A stretch of DNA of 64,000 nucleotides from Eledone cirrhosa (lineage: Eukaryota), in contig OZ024742.1 in the NCBI GenBank assembly GCA_964016885.1, forward strand, positions 230,082,001 through 230,146,000, in the 5' to 3' direction. Shown here piece after piece: positions 26,175 through 40,480 of the stretch. The position numbers and the translations under genes are program-made. Every line of letters starts with the position of its first letter. Position 1 is the first letter of the stretch. The notes under the pieces are model-generated. The model ran no database searches, was not told where the DNA came from, and saw nothing but the letters and a program-made list of their open reading frames with translations.

Positions 26175-27281
26175 ATATATATATATATATATAATGATAA
26201 ATACACCACTGAGATCAGATCTATATGGTACGAGTGTATATTTTCTTTATATAATCAAATTATGTGCCACGTACAAGATGCTTTATAATAAAAGAATGAA
26301 TAGTGAAAAAGAAGAAATTCTGAATTGTAAGCGACACCAGATGTATAATCCGTTCGACGTTAAAAAAATATATTTATCAATAAGGCTGTGTAAATCGTTA
26401 GAAAGATGGATTGACAAAATATTGTTCTGCGATATGTTCTGGAATTTAAGTTTTTGAGTTCAATTTTGATCTTTCTGGTCTTGATAAATAAATAAAGGAG
26501 AATCCAGGACTCGAGTCAATATAAACCATTTTCCCATCCTCACCAATAATTTCTTGTCTCATGTACTCAATAAATATCAACATATTTACTCCGTTTAGAG
26601 AATCGCTATATTACCGATATCAGATTTACCATTTGTTAGTTAATTTCTGAGTTAAATTTCTAAAAAAGTTGTAAACCCTAAATCTTTCTCTCATATATGT
26701 GTGTGTGTATGTGCGTGCATGTGTGTGTATGTGTGTGTGAGTATGTACGTGTGTGTGTGTATGTATCATATATGTAACCATTTGTATGAGCGAAATATAC
26801 ATATGAGATTGGTTCTTACATGAAATCAAAACAAAAAGTATATTTTGTATAAAGAAATGTTCTTATGTGTGTGAGCAAATGTAAAAAAGCCTTTGCAGGC
26901 GGAAGTGGAAGTAGTATGGGCAAAGAATGTTGTTAGCTTAAAAATACCATTTTAAAATTATTAAACCATGAATAAAGAGGTTGATTTATTCATAAACTTA
27001 TATATGAGTTGAAGAAAATTTCATTTCACATAGAAAAACTTCAATAGCTGCAAAGCTCTTCCTTGGTTCTTTCTGTTCGACTTTTTGAAGCAATAGACGA
27101 ACGTTACGATTCTAAGAAATTCAGGCAAAGGTAAGGCGATTACATTTCTGATTTTATTCATAAAGATTTCCTGTACTTCGAAATATATTTCTTCCATAAT
27201 TTCCACAACCTAAATTATTTTTATTTCACGTTACATGCTTTCTTCCTTTTCATTTTTTCAGACTTCCGCTGCACACACACA

Positions 27282-27289
<8 letters not shown>

Positions 27290-27339
<50 letters not shown>

Positions 27340-27354
27340 ATACACAACTATATA

Positions 27355-27441
<87 letters not shown>

Positions 27442-27509
27442 CACAACTATATATATATATGTATAAATATATTATATATATGCTTATATATATATATATG
27501 TATATGTAT

Positions 27510-27547
<38 letters not shown>

Positions 27548-27565
27548 GTAATACACAACTATATA

Positions 27566-27628
<63 letters not shown>

Positions 27629-27733
27629 CACAACTATATAACTATATATATATACATGTATAAATATATGTATATATATATATATTATATATATGCTTAT
27701 ATATATATATGTATACTCACACACACACACACT

Positions 27734-27785
<52 letters not shown>

Positions 27786-27815
27786 TATATATATATATAG
27801 ATATATATATATTAT
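27290..27815. repeat. (TA)n tract with recurring AATACACAACTATA units
   Basis: The unit recurs four times between TA runs. Confidence 0.9.
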
Positions 27816-28097
27816 ACATACATAGACGCAGGAACAAAAGCACCAATACTCGCATACCCAAATTGCTACCAGCGCAAGCACGTTTGTATATGCACTTTTT
27901 ATAAATTACCTAACTCTTAATTGTTTTTGCGTCATTCTAAGCATGTACTTGTAAATACGTATGCGCACACCTACATGGATAAAAAAGGCTCACAAGCACT
28001 CCAACAAACCATACATATATAATTTGTATAAGTTATCATATATTCATTGTCTTATAGTTTTATAGTTATACGAGCCAAAAAATAAAGACACACACAC

Positions 28098-28171
<74 letters not shown>

Positions 28172-28397
28172 ATATATGTGTGTGTGTATAATTCATTAGA
28201 CATAATTTAGAAAATATGCAAACATATAACTTCATGTGAGACATTTTTCCTGTTTCTTTTAGTCACGACATATGTATATATGAAAATTACAACATGTATA
28301 ACAGTTTTATACACTCACACGTAGCTAGTATATCGGACACACACACAGACACACATACACACACGCAGGCGCACACAAAAACAGACACACGCACACG

Positions 28398-28428
<31 letters not shown>

Positions 28429-28506
28429 GTATACATTTATATTATGTATCATAGTTTTATACACTCATACACTATACCTTGCACTCACACGCACACACGT
28501 ACACAT

Positions 28507-28584
<78 letters not shown>

Positions 28585-29413
28585 TGTTATATTTGGGGAG
28601 GGTCATATATATATATATATTTAAATTATAGCATGTATAATAGGTTTATACACTCTTATATGTAACACATACAGATATATACATACATATATATGTGTGT
28701 ATGAAAACGTTAAAGGGAATGAAAGAGTCAGTGACATAGAAAGAGCGAGTGGTAGATACAGAATAGAGAGATATTTATGTATTTATATAGTCAATCACAT
28801 ACATTCCACTTTGTTGAACTCTTGTCATTCAGTACACTAGCGATCGTGAATTGTGTATCAAACTTCGGTATAATTTCAATGGCTATATGCTTTTGAGGGA
28901 CAGCCATATTGTGAGTTAAATCTAAATCAAAGAACACAATGTAGCATTTAGATATATCAGTGATAAAGGGCTTTAATATGTATGTTACGCTATTGACTAA
29001 GCGTATAAATATGTAACAGTATAGATTTGTTGGCGAGGCTTGTAATAATATCAAATTCGTCTGAAAAGCATTAAATGATGTAAATATATTTGAATTAACG
29101 ACATAGTTGTACCTGAAAGAAGGCGCCTGCCTTACGAATTAGGGCTTTCGAATCATGAATGTAAATTCATGCGATTGATTACAGAATCAAGCGGAGCATT
29201 GTCTGTTTGTGCATTACGCTATCTCATTTTGCTCAAGTTCACTAACGTTGCAAGAGAAAATGTGTTTACCTGTGATTCGGTAGACTAAACTTGTCACAAA
29301 TTGTCACTCTGAATCTCCGAGCAAAATACATTTTGAGTGCTCGTGTATGGGAAATGCTCAGCAATTGCACGCTAATTATACGAGCAGTATATATATATAC
29401 ACACACACGCACA

Positions 29414-29567
<154 letters not shown>

Positions 29568-29594
29568 GAAAGTGAACAACACAATATATAACTG

Positions 29595-29661
29595 CTCCAT
29601 TACCAAAAGTTTCAGGACCCTAGACAATATTTATATACGTCTAGATCGTTCATCAGAAGAG
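29595..29661 (-). ncRNA. Degenerate type I hammerhead ribozyme
   Basis: Reverse strand: CTCTT-CTGATGA-ACGATCTAGAC...GTCTAGGGTCCT-GAAA-CTTTTGG-TA-ATGGAG; stem I imperfect. Confidence 0.55.
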
Positions 29662-30325
29662 ATGTTATGAATAGAAAATATCGAATATTTAAAATCTGTT
29701 AAAAAGACCTACCCCAGTAGACAGCTGATGAGGAACCCCCCTCGCCGACCTTGCTTTCTACTTAATTCTAAACCTACGCTAACTAGCAAATATGTTTCGC
29801 TGTCACCCGTCTTCTCTCTCCCTCTACCTACCTATTTCGTTGCTCTACTCTTCCCCCTCTTTCTCTCCCTTTCTCCCTCTCACTTTCACTCACTCTCTCT
29901 CTCTCTGCGAGCCACCTCATTGTTTCCCACGGCTGACCCTCTAGCAGTCCTTTTCTCACTTACACTCCCTGGAATCAGATGTGTTTTTTCATCGTCTACA
30001 CAAGTTATGGACTTGGATTTTCTTTCTTGAAGTTGCTCGCTCATTCCCCGGTTTGTTGTTGTTTTTTTCGCTGTTTTTCTCTTTTCTTCCCTTTTTTTCC
30101 CCTTTTCCTTTTTTATTTTCTTTCCCTCCCTCCTCCATTTTCTCAATAACTTACCTAGTTATTGAACGCGCAGGGGTAGATATATTGTCTTTAAAGCGTT
30201 GAAATATCCGAGACCCCCAGTAGACAACTGATGAGGAAACCCCCTCCACGTTCTTGCTTTCTTCTTGATTTTAAGCCTACCTTAACTAGAAAATACACAG
30301 CCTTCCTATTCTCCATTTATATTTA

Positions 30326-31450
30326 CTAGCTGACGTACACAGCTTGCCCGCGTATACAGATGATAAGAGAAGACAGGTAAAAGAGGAAATAACTGTACTG
30401 GATGTCTGTCTGGTTACAGTATGAGGCGATTCCGGGGTGTCTGTGTGATACAGAAAAGAGTAAAAAAGAATCTTCCAGATATACCAGATTCTTTTGTACC
30501 ATTTGTGCATAGTATATGAACAATTCTAGGTGCTCCTACCTAGAATAGTGACCTCTAGGAGATGGTTCATATTCTGTCTGACTGTAAAACGTGTATCATT
30601 GCATAGACGTGGTTGTTCCACGTTTCTCAATAGGATGATGGAAGTTCCAATCTTTTATATTATATGTAGATATAGATATAGATAATTAATATAAAAGATG
30701 ATGCTCAGCCAGTTCGTCTTCAACCATCGCAGCACGCCGTCGCTGCTTGGCTCCAGTGTTTCGTTGGCGTTGTTCAGCCAGCTCCTCTTCATTCATGGCG
30801 GGACGTCTTCGCCTTTGAAGTTCGGCGTTCCGATAGCGCTGTTCGGCCCGTTTTTCTTCAATCCTGGCTGCACGCCGTCACCGTTGTAGGTCACTCTTTG
30901 ATAAAGTCGAATTGCTTTTATTATCAGTATTCATTTTGAGCAATTGTCAAAAAAATGACACAATAATAAATATAAAAGATGTCCCTCAATGTAAAAAAAA
31001 TTACTCCCTTCACAACTCTGTGTATGTTAGACTGACAGACAGGCACACAGACAGATAAACTGCATGGCGATTATGGAACGCCCCACGTACACACACATAC
31101 ATGCATGGAAACGCGCACACACACGCAAACTTACACACGCACGCACGCAAACTTACACACACTTACACACTCACACACATTGATAGTTTTTACTTTCTGT
31201 GGAACACTGCACGCACGCACACACACATAAACATTCGCGCACGTACATACACACGCACACATGGTAATAGTTACAGTGTTCACTTTGCCTCTCTGTTTCT
31301 TACTCTCCCATCTCACTCCCTCTTTGGCATTATGCATATTAATTTCAGTTTGGCGTCGTTGAGGTGGGCGGAGTCGTTTGAAACCTAAGAACCAATGATA
31401 ATCGAGAATTATGACACACGGAATATTGACCTTGTTGAAATTAATATATA
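30326..31450 (-). mobile_element. Non-autonomous Helitron (internal deletion derivative), array unit A
   Basis: 3' hairpin plus CTAG at 30326-30329. Homologous to both ends of 31451-37567. Confidence 0.85.
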
Positions 31451-32358
31451 CTAGCTGACGTACCCAGCTTCGCCCGGGTAAACAGATGATAAGAGAAGAC
31501 AGGTAAAAGAGAAAATGACTGTATTGGATGTTTGTCTGGTTACAGTATGAGGTGAGTCCGTGGTGTCTGTGTGATACCAAAAAACAGTAAAAAAAATGTT
31601 CCAGATATACCAGATTCTTCGTTGTACCGTTTGTGCATAGTATATGAACAATTCTAGTTGGCCTCACCTAGAATAGTGACCTCTAGGAGATGGTTCATAT
31701 TCTGCCTGACTGTAAAACGTGTATCATTGCATAGACGTGGTTGTTCCACATTTCTCACAAGGATGATGGAAGTTCCAATCGTTTATATTATATGTAGATA
31801 TAGATATAGATAATTAATATAAAAGATGTCCGTCCATGTAAAAAAGGTCCTTATTTACTTGAAATGGTTTATACAAATGCCAAATTAATATGGATATGGA
31901 TAACATATTTATCTATAAGTGGTCAGCTATAATAATAAAACAAAAATTATATGACACAAAAATTTATTCAGTAATTTCCAGGCTCTTAGCCACTGAGTAA
32001 TAGACAGTCAATATTGCCCAGAGTTCAACTCGGGGAGGTGGCCTGGTTTGAACTCCAAATGGCGGATACTTCTACTTCGAAAATAGAATCGTTTTTCAAT
32101 ATTACTCTAGCCCTGGCTGGCCATATTCACCAAACGTTTTGCCAGACTCAGCATATGATGAGGTTTTATTACCACCGCTAACAGAAGCGATAAATTTGAA
32201 GGCAATTTTTACCTATACTTGTTGGTTTTTATTGCTCATTATCGACAATAAATGACATTGAACAGAAATGATAACTCTGTCAATGTCATTTATTGTCGAT
32301 AATGAGCAGACAGCTCTGTCAAAGCTCACAATACTAAGGACATCAATGTCTGAATCAT

Positions 32359-35300
32359 TTACGTCGAATATTCATAGCAGTGAAGGCAAATGAATGGTAG
32401 CAAATCTTCACTTGGCCTCAGCATGATCCTCGGAATGAGAACCGATTCCTCTCTGCCTGGGAGTTTAGCTTCTAAAACTCTTCCGTTCATCAATCTCTCA
32501 ACAATCAATCTGGTACCATTGCAAAGACCCATTTTATGATTGATATTTCTAAGCAATATAATCGGCATACCCTTTTTCAACCTCAAAATATGTGGGGGAA
32601 ATCCGGGTATTTGAAGTGAATTCAGATATTCAGTCGAAACATCCATATTGTTCTGCTGATGAGGCTCCATTGCATCCACACTGACGGTCAACCATTTCTC
32701 TCCAGGAAACATTCCGGCTACTTGTGAATTTATTTCATCGACCGTTGCATTCATATGAGTTAGAATAACGCGTTCCGATATCCAGGAGATATTCTGCCAA
32801 AAAGCATTCAAATTAGGGAACACCCAGTCAATCAATGCTTGGCGGTCCAGTGGCATGACCAAATGGTCTGGGATACTTACAGTCTGATTATCACCAACGT
32901 ATGGCAATTCATCGTTTCCCAACAGCATCAACCATCGGCTGTATGTCTCAGCCTCTTCGTTTTGCCCGAACATACGAAGTCGCATATTATCGTGTAATCG
33001 TAATACTCTTAAATGGCACCACAGCGGGGACTTTTTCAGACATGCATCGACAATTTGCGCTCTTTGAGTATTCCTAACAATTGATAGCACCTGTCTGAAA
33101 TCGCCACCAAGAACGATAGTCTTACCACCGAATGGCAGGTCACTACCGCAGATATCTCTCAAAGTTCTGTCCAATGCCTCCAGAAAATATCTGTGTGCCA
33201 TTGGAGCCTCGTCCCAAATAATCGTATTGCGTATAAGGCCCGCGAGTTCACTTTGTCCTGTAATGTTACAGATACTCAACTGATCCGGAGCCAATGGAGC
33301 CTTGAAGCATGAGTGGAAGGTCCTTCCACCACTCAGCAAAGTGACAGCGACCCCACTGGTGGCCACAGGGCTCTGAGCTCTGACTGCCGATAACATAGTG
33401 TTGAAACAGAATGTCTTTCCGGTGCCTCCTGGGCATCTATGAAAGCACAAAGTTGCTCATTAGTGGAAATAGCGTGAAGAACGCCATCTACCAATTCTCT
33501 CTGAGATTGGGGCAACATTGCCATACGTTCATCCACAATATGTTGCTGTTCCAGTGGATCAAACTGGAATAGTTCCCTCCGATCGAGTGGCAACCGTCTA
33601 AGCTGCAATCTCATGTTCAATGCTAAGACCCGTTGCCGCATTTCTTCATCAGGAATTGGCAAATTGAAATCTCTTAAACATTTGAAATGAACTTAAAGCA
33701 GTTGCTCAATATTGAGCAAAACAATAGCTTTCATCAAATTTTCATCATCGACCTGAAGATGATGCCTAAAATCATCAGCCATAATTCCCCAATGGCGTTC
33801 AAATAAATCTCTTGGATCAGCAGGAGTGCAGAATCCTAGAATCGTGACAAACAACTGCCTTATTTGAGCTGGCATCTGTGTTGTTCTTGCAGCTTCCATG
33901 GCGTTATTCCATTCAGCGTCATCCTGAAGGAGTCCCAGATGCTGAAACAGCCTGGTATGTTTCATATTCCACGCCATTGATTGTTTTCAAATCAGCGAAG
34001 CTCTGTTTACCTCTCGAAAAAATCATTATGCAACAGAATTCGAAGATAAAACACATCACCAGATGCTGGATGGACATTACAAACCCGTCCAATAGTCATG
34101 AATCTCAACTTTTGTTTTCTATCATTCCATTTCTTTCCCTTCTTATCCCACGTATAGTGCGAAGGGAAATCGCAGTAGAGTTGCCTTTGATCCGGGTTCA
34201 AAGCATGTTCCCTATTATGCTTGAACCACTCAGTCAATTCCGTCTTAGGAGGTGGTGCGTTAGCAATTCTTTCGACACCTCTTCTAGTGTCCTGAAAACA
34301 AACCATTTGCCTATTCTCTAAGTGAACCGTCAGTTTCTGAACGCTGGGTTTGCGTTCATTGAGATCAAAATCGAACAAACTCCAGCAAGCTTCGCTAGAT
34401 CCAATCGAGCGAACATCCTGGAACCTGCCAACTTCATTTCCTTGGTCCGCTTCCTCATTCCTGACATTGATCATTGCCCGATAATGACCTTTGTAAACAT
34501 ATTTGAATAGATATTTGCATGCTTTCACTGAGCTACAAATTTCCACATTAATATGACAACGATATTTCATAATCAAATATGGATTGTATGGCACAACCCA
34601 TTGATTTGTAACCTGTCGACCGTTTACATTTTCGACCAAACCACCATCTGCAGGCGACCGTCTTATGTATGAGGGATGAGCATCCCTATCGTTCCAGGAA
34701 GTGTTCGTGACAAAAGATATCGGACAGTGCTTACTGCATTGGCCATTTTTCATGCAAGGCGCTTTCCGATTTGCCACTCCGCTTGGTTGTGCACAATTGA
34801 CTTTGCCACCAAGTTGCGTAGTGCCTCATTCTCCGGCAATTCAGCACACACAATGCTGTCGACATCCTCAGCACATCTCGATTTGCAATCTCTATGTAAA
34901 ATGATCAGCAAATGTGCATGTGGCAATCCTCTTTTTTGGATTTCAATTACGTATGTAAAAGCAACTATGCCTCCAAAGATTCCCTCTTTTTCCACATCAT
35001 TATCTTTTTCAGATAAGGCGGTGGATTGGCAGTATCGGTAGAGGGTCGGACGCCAAGCTTTCCAGCATAGTTACGTCCCTTTACGATCTGAGTTCAAATC
35101 CCGCCGAGGTTGACTTTGCCTTTCATCCTCCTTACGGGGTCGATAAAATAAAGTACTAGTAATGCACTGGGTAATTGCTAGCCTTGTGCCTAAATTAGAA
35201 ACAATTATCTTTTTCAGATATCCTTTGAATACTCTTGCCACAAAATCAGGATGGTCCTTTGGCTGTTGTCCTGGCAAAAGTGCATCCTTAATATCAGTCC

Positions 35301-36782
35301 ATTTAGGATTGCATGTAACAGTTATAAACAAATCTGGCTTTCCAAACTTTCTGACAATGGCCATTGTATCCTGATAGCGAATGTTCATATATCTCGGGCC
35401 GCCGATGAACGACGATGGCAAAATGATGCGTCGACCAATTTGCTTGTAATTGGCATCATCGGCTGTTATCGCATCCTGTATATTATTATACAATTCAGCT
35501 CTGATATGTTGCTGATGTGTAACTATATAGTTTAGCCTTTAATTTTCGATCTTTGCGAACAGTATTCCTGGAACAATATGCTGGCTTGAAATAGCGCATT
35601 TCTCTGTTGATTCCTCTCGTTCAAATGGAAGGCGTAAAAGTCGCGAATCGAATTATTATGTCTATTGCCACCTCCCTGTTGATGCTGATTCTCATGATCA
35701 TCTAAATGAACAGTCATGTTCCATCCATTCTCACCTTTTGGGAATAAAAGAACATAATGCAATGGATCGTATGCCCTATTTGACTCATTGATAGTCTTGA
35801 GACCACCATCTCTGCGATTGAGGACGATATCTCTCGATCCAGGCTTATCGTCCATCAACACAGCAACTTCACGAAATCCTTCGGGGCCATTATATCGCCA
35901 TTCGTGATGATTCCTTGGCACTGCGTCAGCCTTAATCACCAATGTTTGCTGCTGAACATTTTGCAGTTCAGCCACCAACATGAAATCCATAACATTACAC
36001 TGTCTAAGCCATGATTGCAAATCACGGATCAAATCACTTAACCTTTGCCGTTCAAGTTCAGTTACATTTCCCGGCAACTTCATCCAACCCATCCTGATAT
36101 TCTCCTCCCATTCACTATAATCTGGATCGTTAACGTAAATTTGAGCGAATCGAGGCCTCTCTCCTGGGGTAACTTCTAAATTACCGATACAATGATACAA
36201 ACGGCCTTGAATGACTACATTCGGTTGCCATTCTCCACTCCCAAACATCTCACTAACTCTCTGCGATGTTAAAGCTAATGAATTGTTAATTTGCCGCGAA
36301 TATTTGCGCAGTAATCTACCTCGGTCTCCTTGATCACCCCACATACTTAGTATTTTAAACTCCGGTGACTCCTCATCATCCGGCATTCGCAAGGGTTCTA
36401 GTTGAACTGCTCCTTTATGACAGCACATTGTGGTCCACGACTTTCCGTGCCTCCCAAGTAATGCCCCACAATGTGGACACTCTGCTCGTTCACCAATCTG
36501 AAAAAGACACGGTTGCCATGATCCATTTTTAATATCATTCGTTCTCCTTCTAGCCTCTTTATTGGAATGAGGAGCACTTTGGCGACACATTCTCTGTACT
36601 TCTGTATTGCGCTGGCGCTGTTCAGCCAGCTCCTCTTCATCCATCGCAGCACGCCGTAGCTGCTGAATTCTGGACATCTGCTGATGATGCTCAGCCAGTT
36701 CGTCTTCAACCATCGCAGCACGCCGTCGCTGCTTTGCTCCAGTGTTTCGTTCGAGTTGTTCAGCCAGCTTTTCTTCATTCAT
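32359..36782 (-). pseudogene. Helitron RepHel (HUH Rep + PIF1-like helicase), multiple frameshifts, SINE insertion, C-terminus missing
   Basis: CPHCGA..CCHKG, LPSSFIGGPRYM, GKPDLFITVTCNP, EIQKRGLPHAHLL, KYLFKYVYKG, PGGTGKT, IIWDEAPM, GGDFRQ, LCNGTRL. Confidence 0.92.
35016..35203 (+). mobile_element. tRNA-derived SINE with 17 bp TSD
   Basis: ATTATCTTTTTCAGATA is duplicated at 34999-35015 and 35204-35220. Box A-like TGGCAGTATCGG and box B-like GAGTTCAAATCC are present. Confidence 0.88.
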
Positions 36783-37567
36783 GCCGGCACGTCTTCGCCT
36801 CTGAAGTTCGGCGTTCCGATGGCGCTGTTCGGCCCGTTTTTCATCATTGCTGGCTGCACGCTGTCGCCGCTGTAGTTAACTGCTTGATAAAGTCGAATTG
36901 CTTTTATTATCAGTATTCATTTCGAGCAATTGCCAAAAAATGACACAATAATAAATATAAGAGAAGACCTGTGGAACGCTGCACGCACGCATACGCACAT
37001 AAACATACGCGCACGTACATACACACGCACACATGTTAATAGTTATTGCTTTCCTTCTCCTCTTATTTCCACACACATCACACACACACATGTCTCTACA
37101 GTGACACATATACATAGTGTATAAAAAATGACACAATAATAAATATAAAAGATGTCCGGCAATGTAAAGAAAGGTCCCTATTTACTCCCTTCACAACTCT
37201 GTGTATGATAGACTGACAAACAGGCACACAGACAGATAAACTGCGTGGCGATTGTGCACACGCACGCAAACTTACACACGCACACACTGACACATGTTGA
37301 TAGTTTTTACTTTCTGTAGAACGCTGCACGCACGCACACACACATAAACATACGCGCACGTACATACACACGCACACATGGTAATAGTTACAGTGTTCAC
37401 TTTGCCTCTCTGTTTCTTACTCTCCCATCTCACTCCCTCATTGGCATTATGCATATTAATTTCAGTTTGGCGTCGTTGAGGTGGGCAGAGTCGTTTGAAA
37501 CCTAAGAAGCAATGATAATCGAGAATTATGACACACGGAATACTGACGTTGTTGAAATTAATATATA

Positions 37568-38150
37568 CTAGCTGACGTACCCAGCTTCGCCCGGGTAAAC
37601 AGATGATAAGAGAAGACAGGTAAAAGAGAAAATGACTGTATTGGATGTTTGTCTGGTTACAGTATGAGGTGAGTCCGTGGTGTCTGTGTGATACCAAAAA
37701 ACAGTAAAAAAATATGTTCCAGATATACCAGATTCTTCGTTGTACCGTTTGTGCATAGTATATGAACAATTCTAGTTGGCCTCACCTAGAATAGTGACCT
37801 CTAGGAGATGGTTCATCTTCTGCCTAACTGTAAAACGTGTATCATTGCATAGACGTGATTGTTCCACATTTCTCAAAAGGATGATGGAAGTTCCAATCGT
37901 TTATATTATATGTAGATATAGATATAGATAATTAATATAAAAGATGATGCTCAGCCAGTTCGTCTTCAACCATCGCAGCACGCCGTCGCTGCTTGGCTCC
38001 AGAGTTTCGTTGGCGTTGTTCAGCCAGCTCCTCTTCATTCATGGCGGCACGTCTTCGCCTCTGACGTTCGGCGTTCCGATGGCGCTGTTCGGCCCGTTTT
38101 TCTTCATTCCTGGCTGCTCAGAATACTGACGTTGTTCAAATTAATATGTA
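37568..38150 (-). mobile_element. Non-autonomous Helitron, array unit C (two deletions)
   Basis: CTAG at 37568-37571; same deletion junction as unit A; short 5' end at about 38120-38150. Confidence 0.85.
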
Positions 38151-38160
38151 TATATATATA

Positions 38161-38541
38161 TATTATTCAAAATATTAATAAATGAAAAATATTCTCATAA
38201 CCAAATGGTACAATGGTGTTTCAGTACGTTTTCATCAGATAAAATATATGACAGATTGGATATGCCACATACCGCTAAGGTTTTGAATATTCAATTTCAC
38301 TACAGGAATTTAATATTCAAAATATCCAATCTCTCATATATTTTATTTGATGAAAACGTACTGAAACACCATTGTTCCTTTGAAATATATATAATAAAAT
38401 ATTTATTTTGGTTATGAGAATATTTTTCATTTATTAATATTTTGAATAATATTAAATACTCCAGATAAAAATGCCGAGTGCTTCTAAACTATTATAAAAA
38501 TTGAATGCGTTGAATAATCCACGAACCATATAAACTTTTGG

Positions 38542-38545
<4 letters not shown>
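38161..38545 (+). mobile_element. Short inverted pLTR pair
   Basis: 38161-38263 is an inverted, internally deleted copy of about 38322-38450. Confidence 0.7.
38339..38401 (+). ncRNA. Type I minimal hammerhead ribozyme (C3 mutated here, intact CTGATGA in the inverted partial copy)
   Basis: TATTTTAT-TTGATGA-AAACGTAC...GTTCCTTT-GAAA-TATATA-TA-ATAAAATA. Confidence 0.65.
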
Positions 38546-38601
<56 letters not shown>

Positions 38602-38647
38602 AAAATAACAGGAGGCTGGACTTGTGTAAATCCTTGAAAGGTTTATT

Positions 38648-38705
38648 ATACTATGATCATTTCAATGATGGGGTTCCGTATGAATCCGGTGATATCATCA
38701 GGTAT
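38648..38705 (-). ncRNA. Type I minimal hammerhead ribozyme in a PLE 3' fragment (~38595-38960)
   Basis: Reverse strand: ATAC-CTGATGA-[imperfect stem II, GGATTC/GAACC]-GAAA-TGATCA-TA-GTAT; palindromic stem III. Confidence 0.6.
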
Positions 38706-39042
38706 TCGAAATATAATAAATGAATGTAACAGATAAAATCCATGGGGCTGAAAATCATAGACCCGAGGACGACCGACTATCTAGCATCTTCCACTTTAGC
38801 CAGTCGCTCTCAAGTCATAATAGTTAACTCCGTACTCGCACCACCAACTACACAAACGAAGACGGTTGAGCTGCTTTATGTTGAGTGCTCTCCTTATTAG
38901 TACATCAAGATTGACCATACGGAATTGACCAGCTCTTTCCAGTGGTGAACCTTCAAACCTAAATAAATATATATATATATATATAAAATAATTAAGTCAA
39001 ATATGTAAAATTTGGCTTCGTTAGTTATAAATTATAGATATA

Positions 39043-39093
39043 TGCTATATATATTTCGGTGACAGCCATCATTGGCTGTGATCTCTTCAGGCA
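39043..39093 (-). ncRNA. Type I minimal hammerhead ribozyme
   Basis: Reverse strand: TGC-CTGAAGA-GATCACAGCCA atga TGGCTGTCACC-GAAA-TATATA-TA-GCA. Confidence 0.7.
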
Positions 39094-39772
39094 GTCCGAA
39101 TTGGTGTGGGAAAGACAGGTACACATGTTGTTGAAGTGTGTTTTACTCCGTCAATACATTGGTATGTCCAGCTCCTGGCTGTGTTGTTATTTCCTTGAGG
39201 AACCTGCCTGCTTCGTCGAGTGCTCCAATCTGTATACTGAGGTGTCGGTAAACAACCAGCATATACTAAATATATATATATATATATATTCTCCATATAT
39301 ATATTTATATGGAGAATAGAAATGTCTGTGTAATATACATACGCACACACACGTACACAAGCACATGCATCTACATATAAATACTTATACAGACAGAGAG
39401 ACAACAATATAGAAAGAGGGAAGAAAAGGACACACAATAACTACATACATATATAAAAATATGATTAAGAATTGTAGTAAATGCTTATATTATCATAGGG
39501 CCCTTAATATGTTTGTATGTACGCACGAGTATAACTGTATGAAAAAAAAGTGTTGTAAATGGCGCAAGAAATATGAAAAAACCCTATATATGTTTAAGTG
39601 TGCACACGAACACGGGGTACAGACATATACGTACAGAGACATACCTGTATGGATACACACAGGTACACGTTCACATGCAAAAACACGTACACATGCGGAT
39701 ATAAGTAAATATCTATATATCTATATATATATATATATATATATATACTCGTATATATATATATATGTATAT

Positions 39773-40179
<407 letters not shown>

Positions 40180-40250
40180 GTTATGTCATAACATATATAT
40201 TTGCTAGCATAGGTGAACATCTGTACACATATGTTGGTAAATGTACTAAT

Positions 40251-40292
<42 letters not shown>

Positions 40293-40323
40293 ACTATATG
40301 TATATATTTATATATGTATTTCT

Positions 40324-40480
40324 AACCGTTGGTCAATAATTGATAAACATAATTGGTAAATTAACTATGGAGATATAAAAGATACAGAAGCGAAAACCAA
40401 TCCAAACTAAACAGTGAGTGCGTTTTATTATTATTTCTGGCAATATTATAACAATATGACACTCCCCAAACTTATCATTA
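40324..40480 (+). mobile_element. pLTR tail fragment related to 18105-18262
   Basis: Shares ACCGTTGGTCA, CAGAAGCGAAAACCAA, CAGTGAGTG and TTCTGGCAATATTAT. Confidence 0.6.

Larger units (their letters stand above)
31451..37567 (-). mobile_element. Formerly autonomous Helitron, array unit B
   Basis: Reverse-strand 3' end ACCCGGGCGAAGCTGGGT hairpin plus ACGTCAGCTAG; contains Rep/helicase remnants. Confidence 0.92.

Noticed and set aside
26190-27240. Possible host exons in non-repetitive AT-rich stretches (also 42700-43200 and 60220-60900)
   Set aside because: No recognisable protein motif or supported exon chain. Small exons cannot be excluded without RNA-seq.
27290-27660. Repeat-spacer pattern resembling CRISPR
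   Set aside because: The spacers are TA runs, there are no cas genes, and the context is eukaryotic.
29715-30290. CTGATGAG in two direct repeats (about 29725 and 30228)
   Set aside because: No stem II-GAAA-stem III-UH follows, so it was not scored as a hammerhead.
35016-35110. tRNA gene
   Set aside because: The A/B boxes belong to a SINE with a TSD and multiple copies; no cloverleaf forms.
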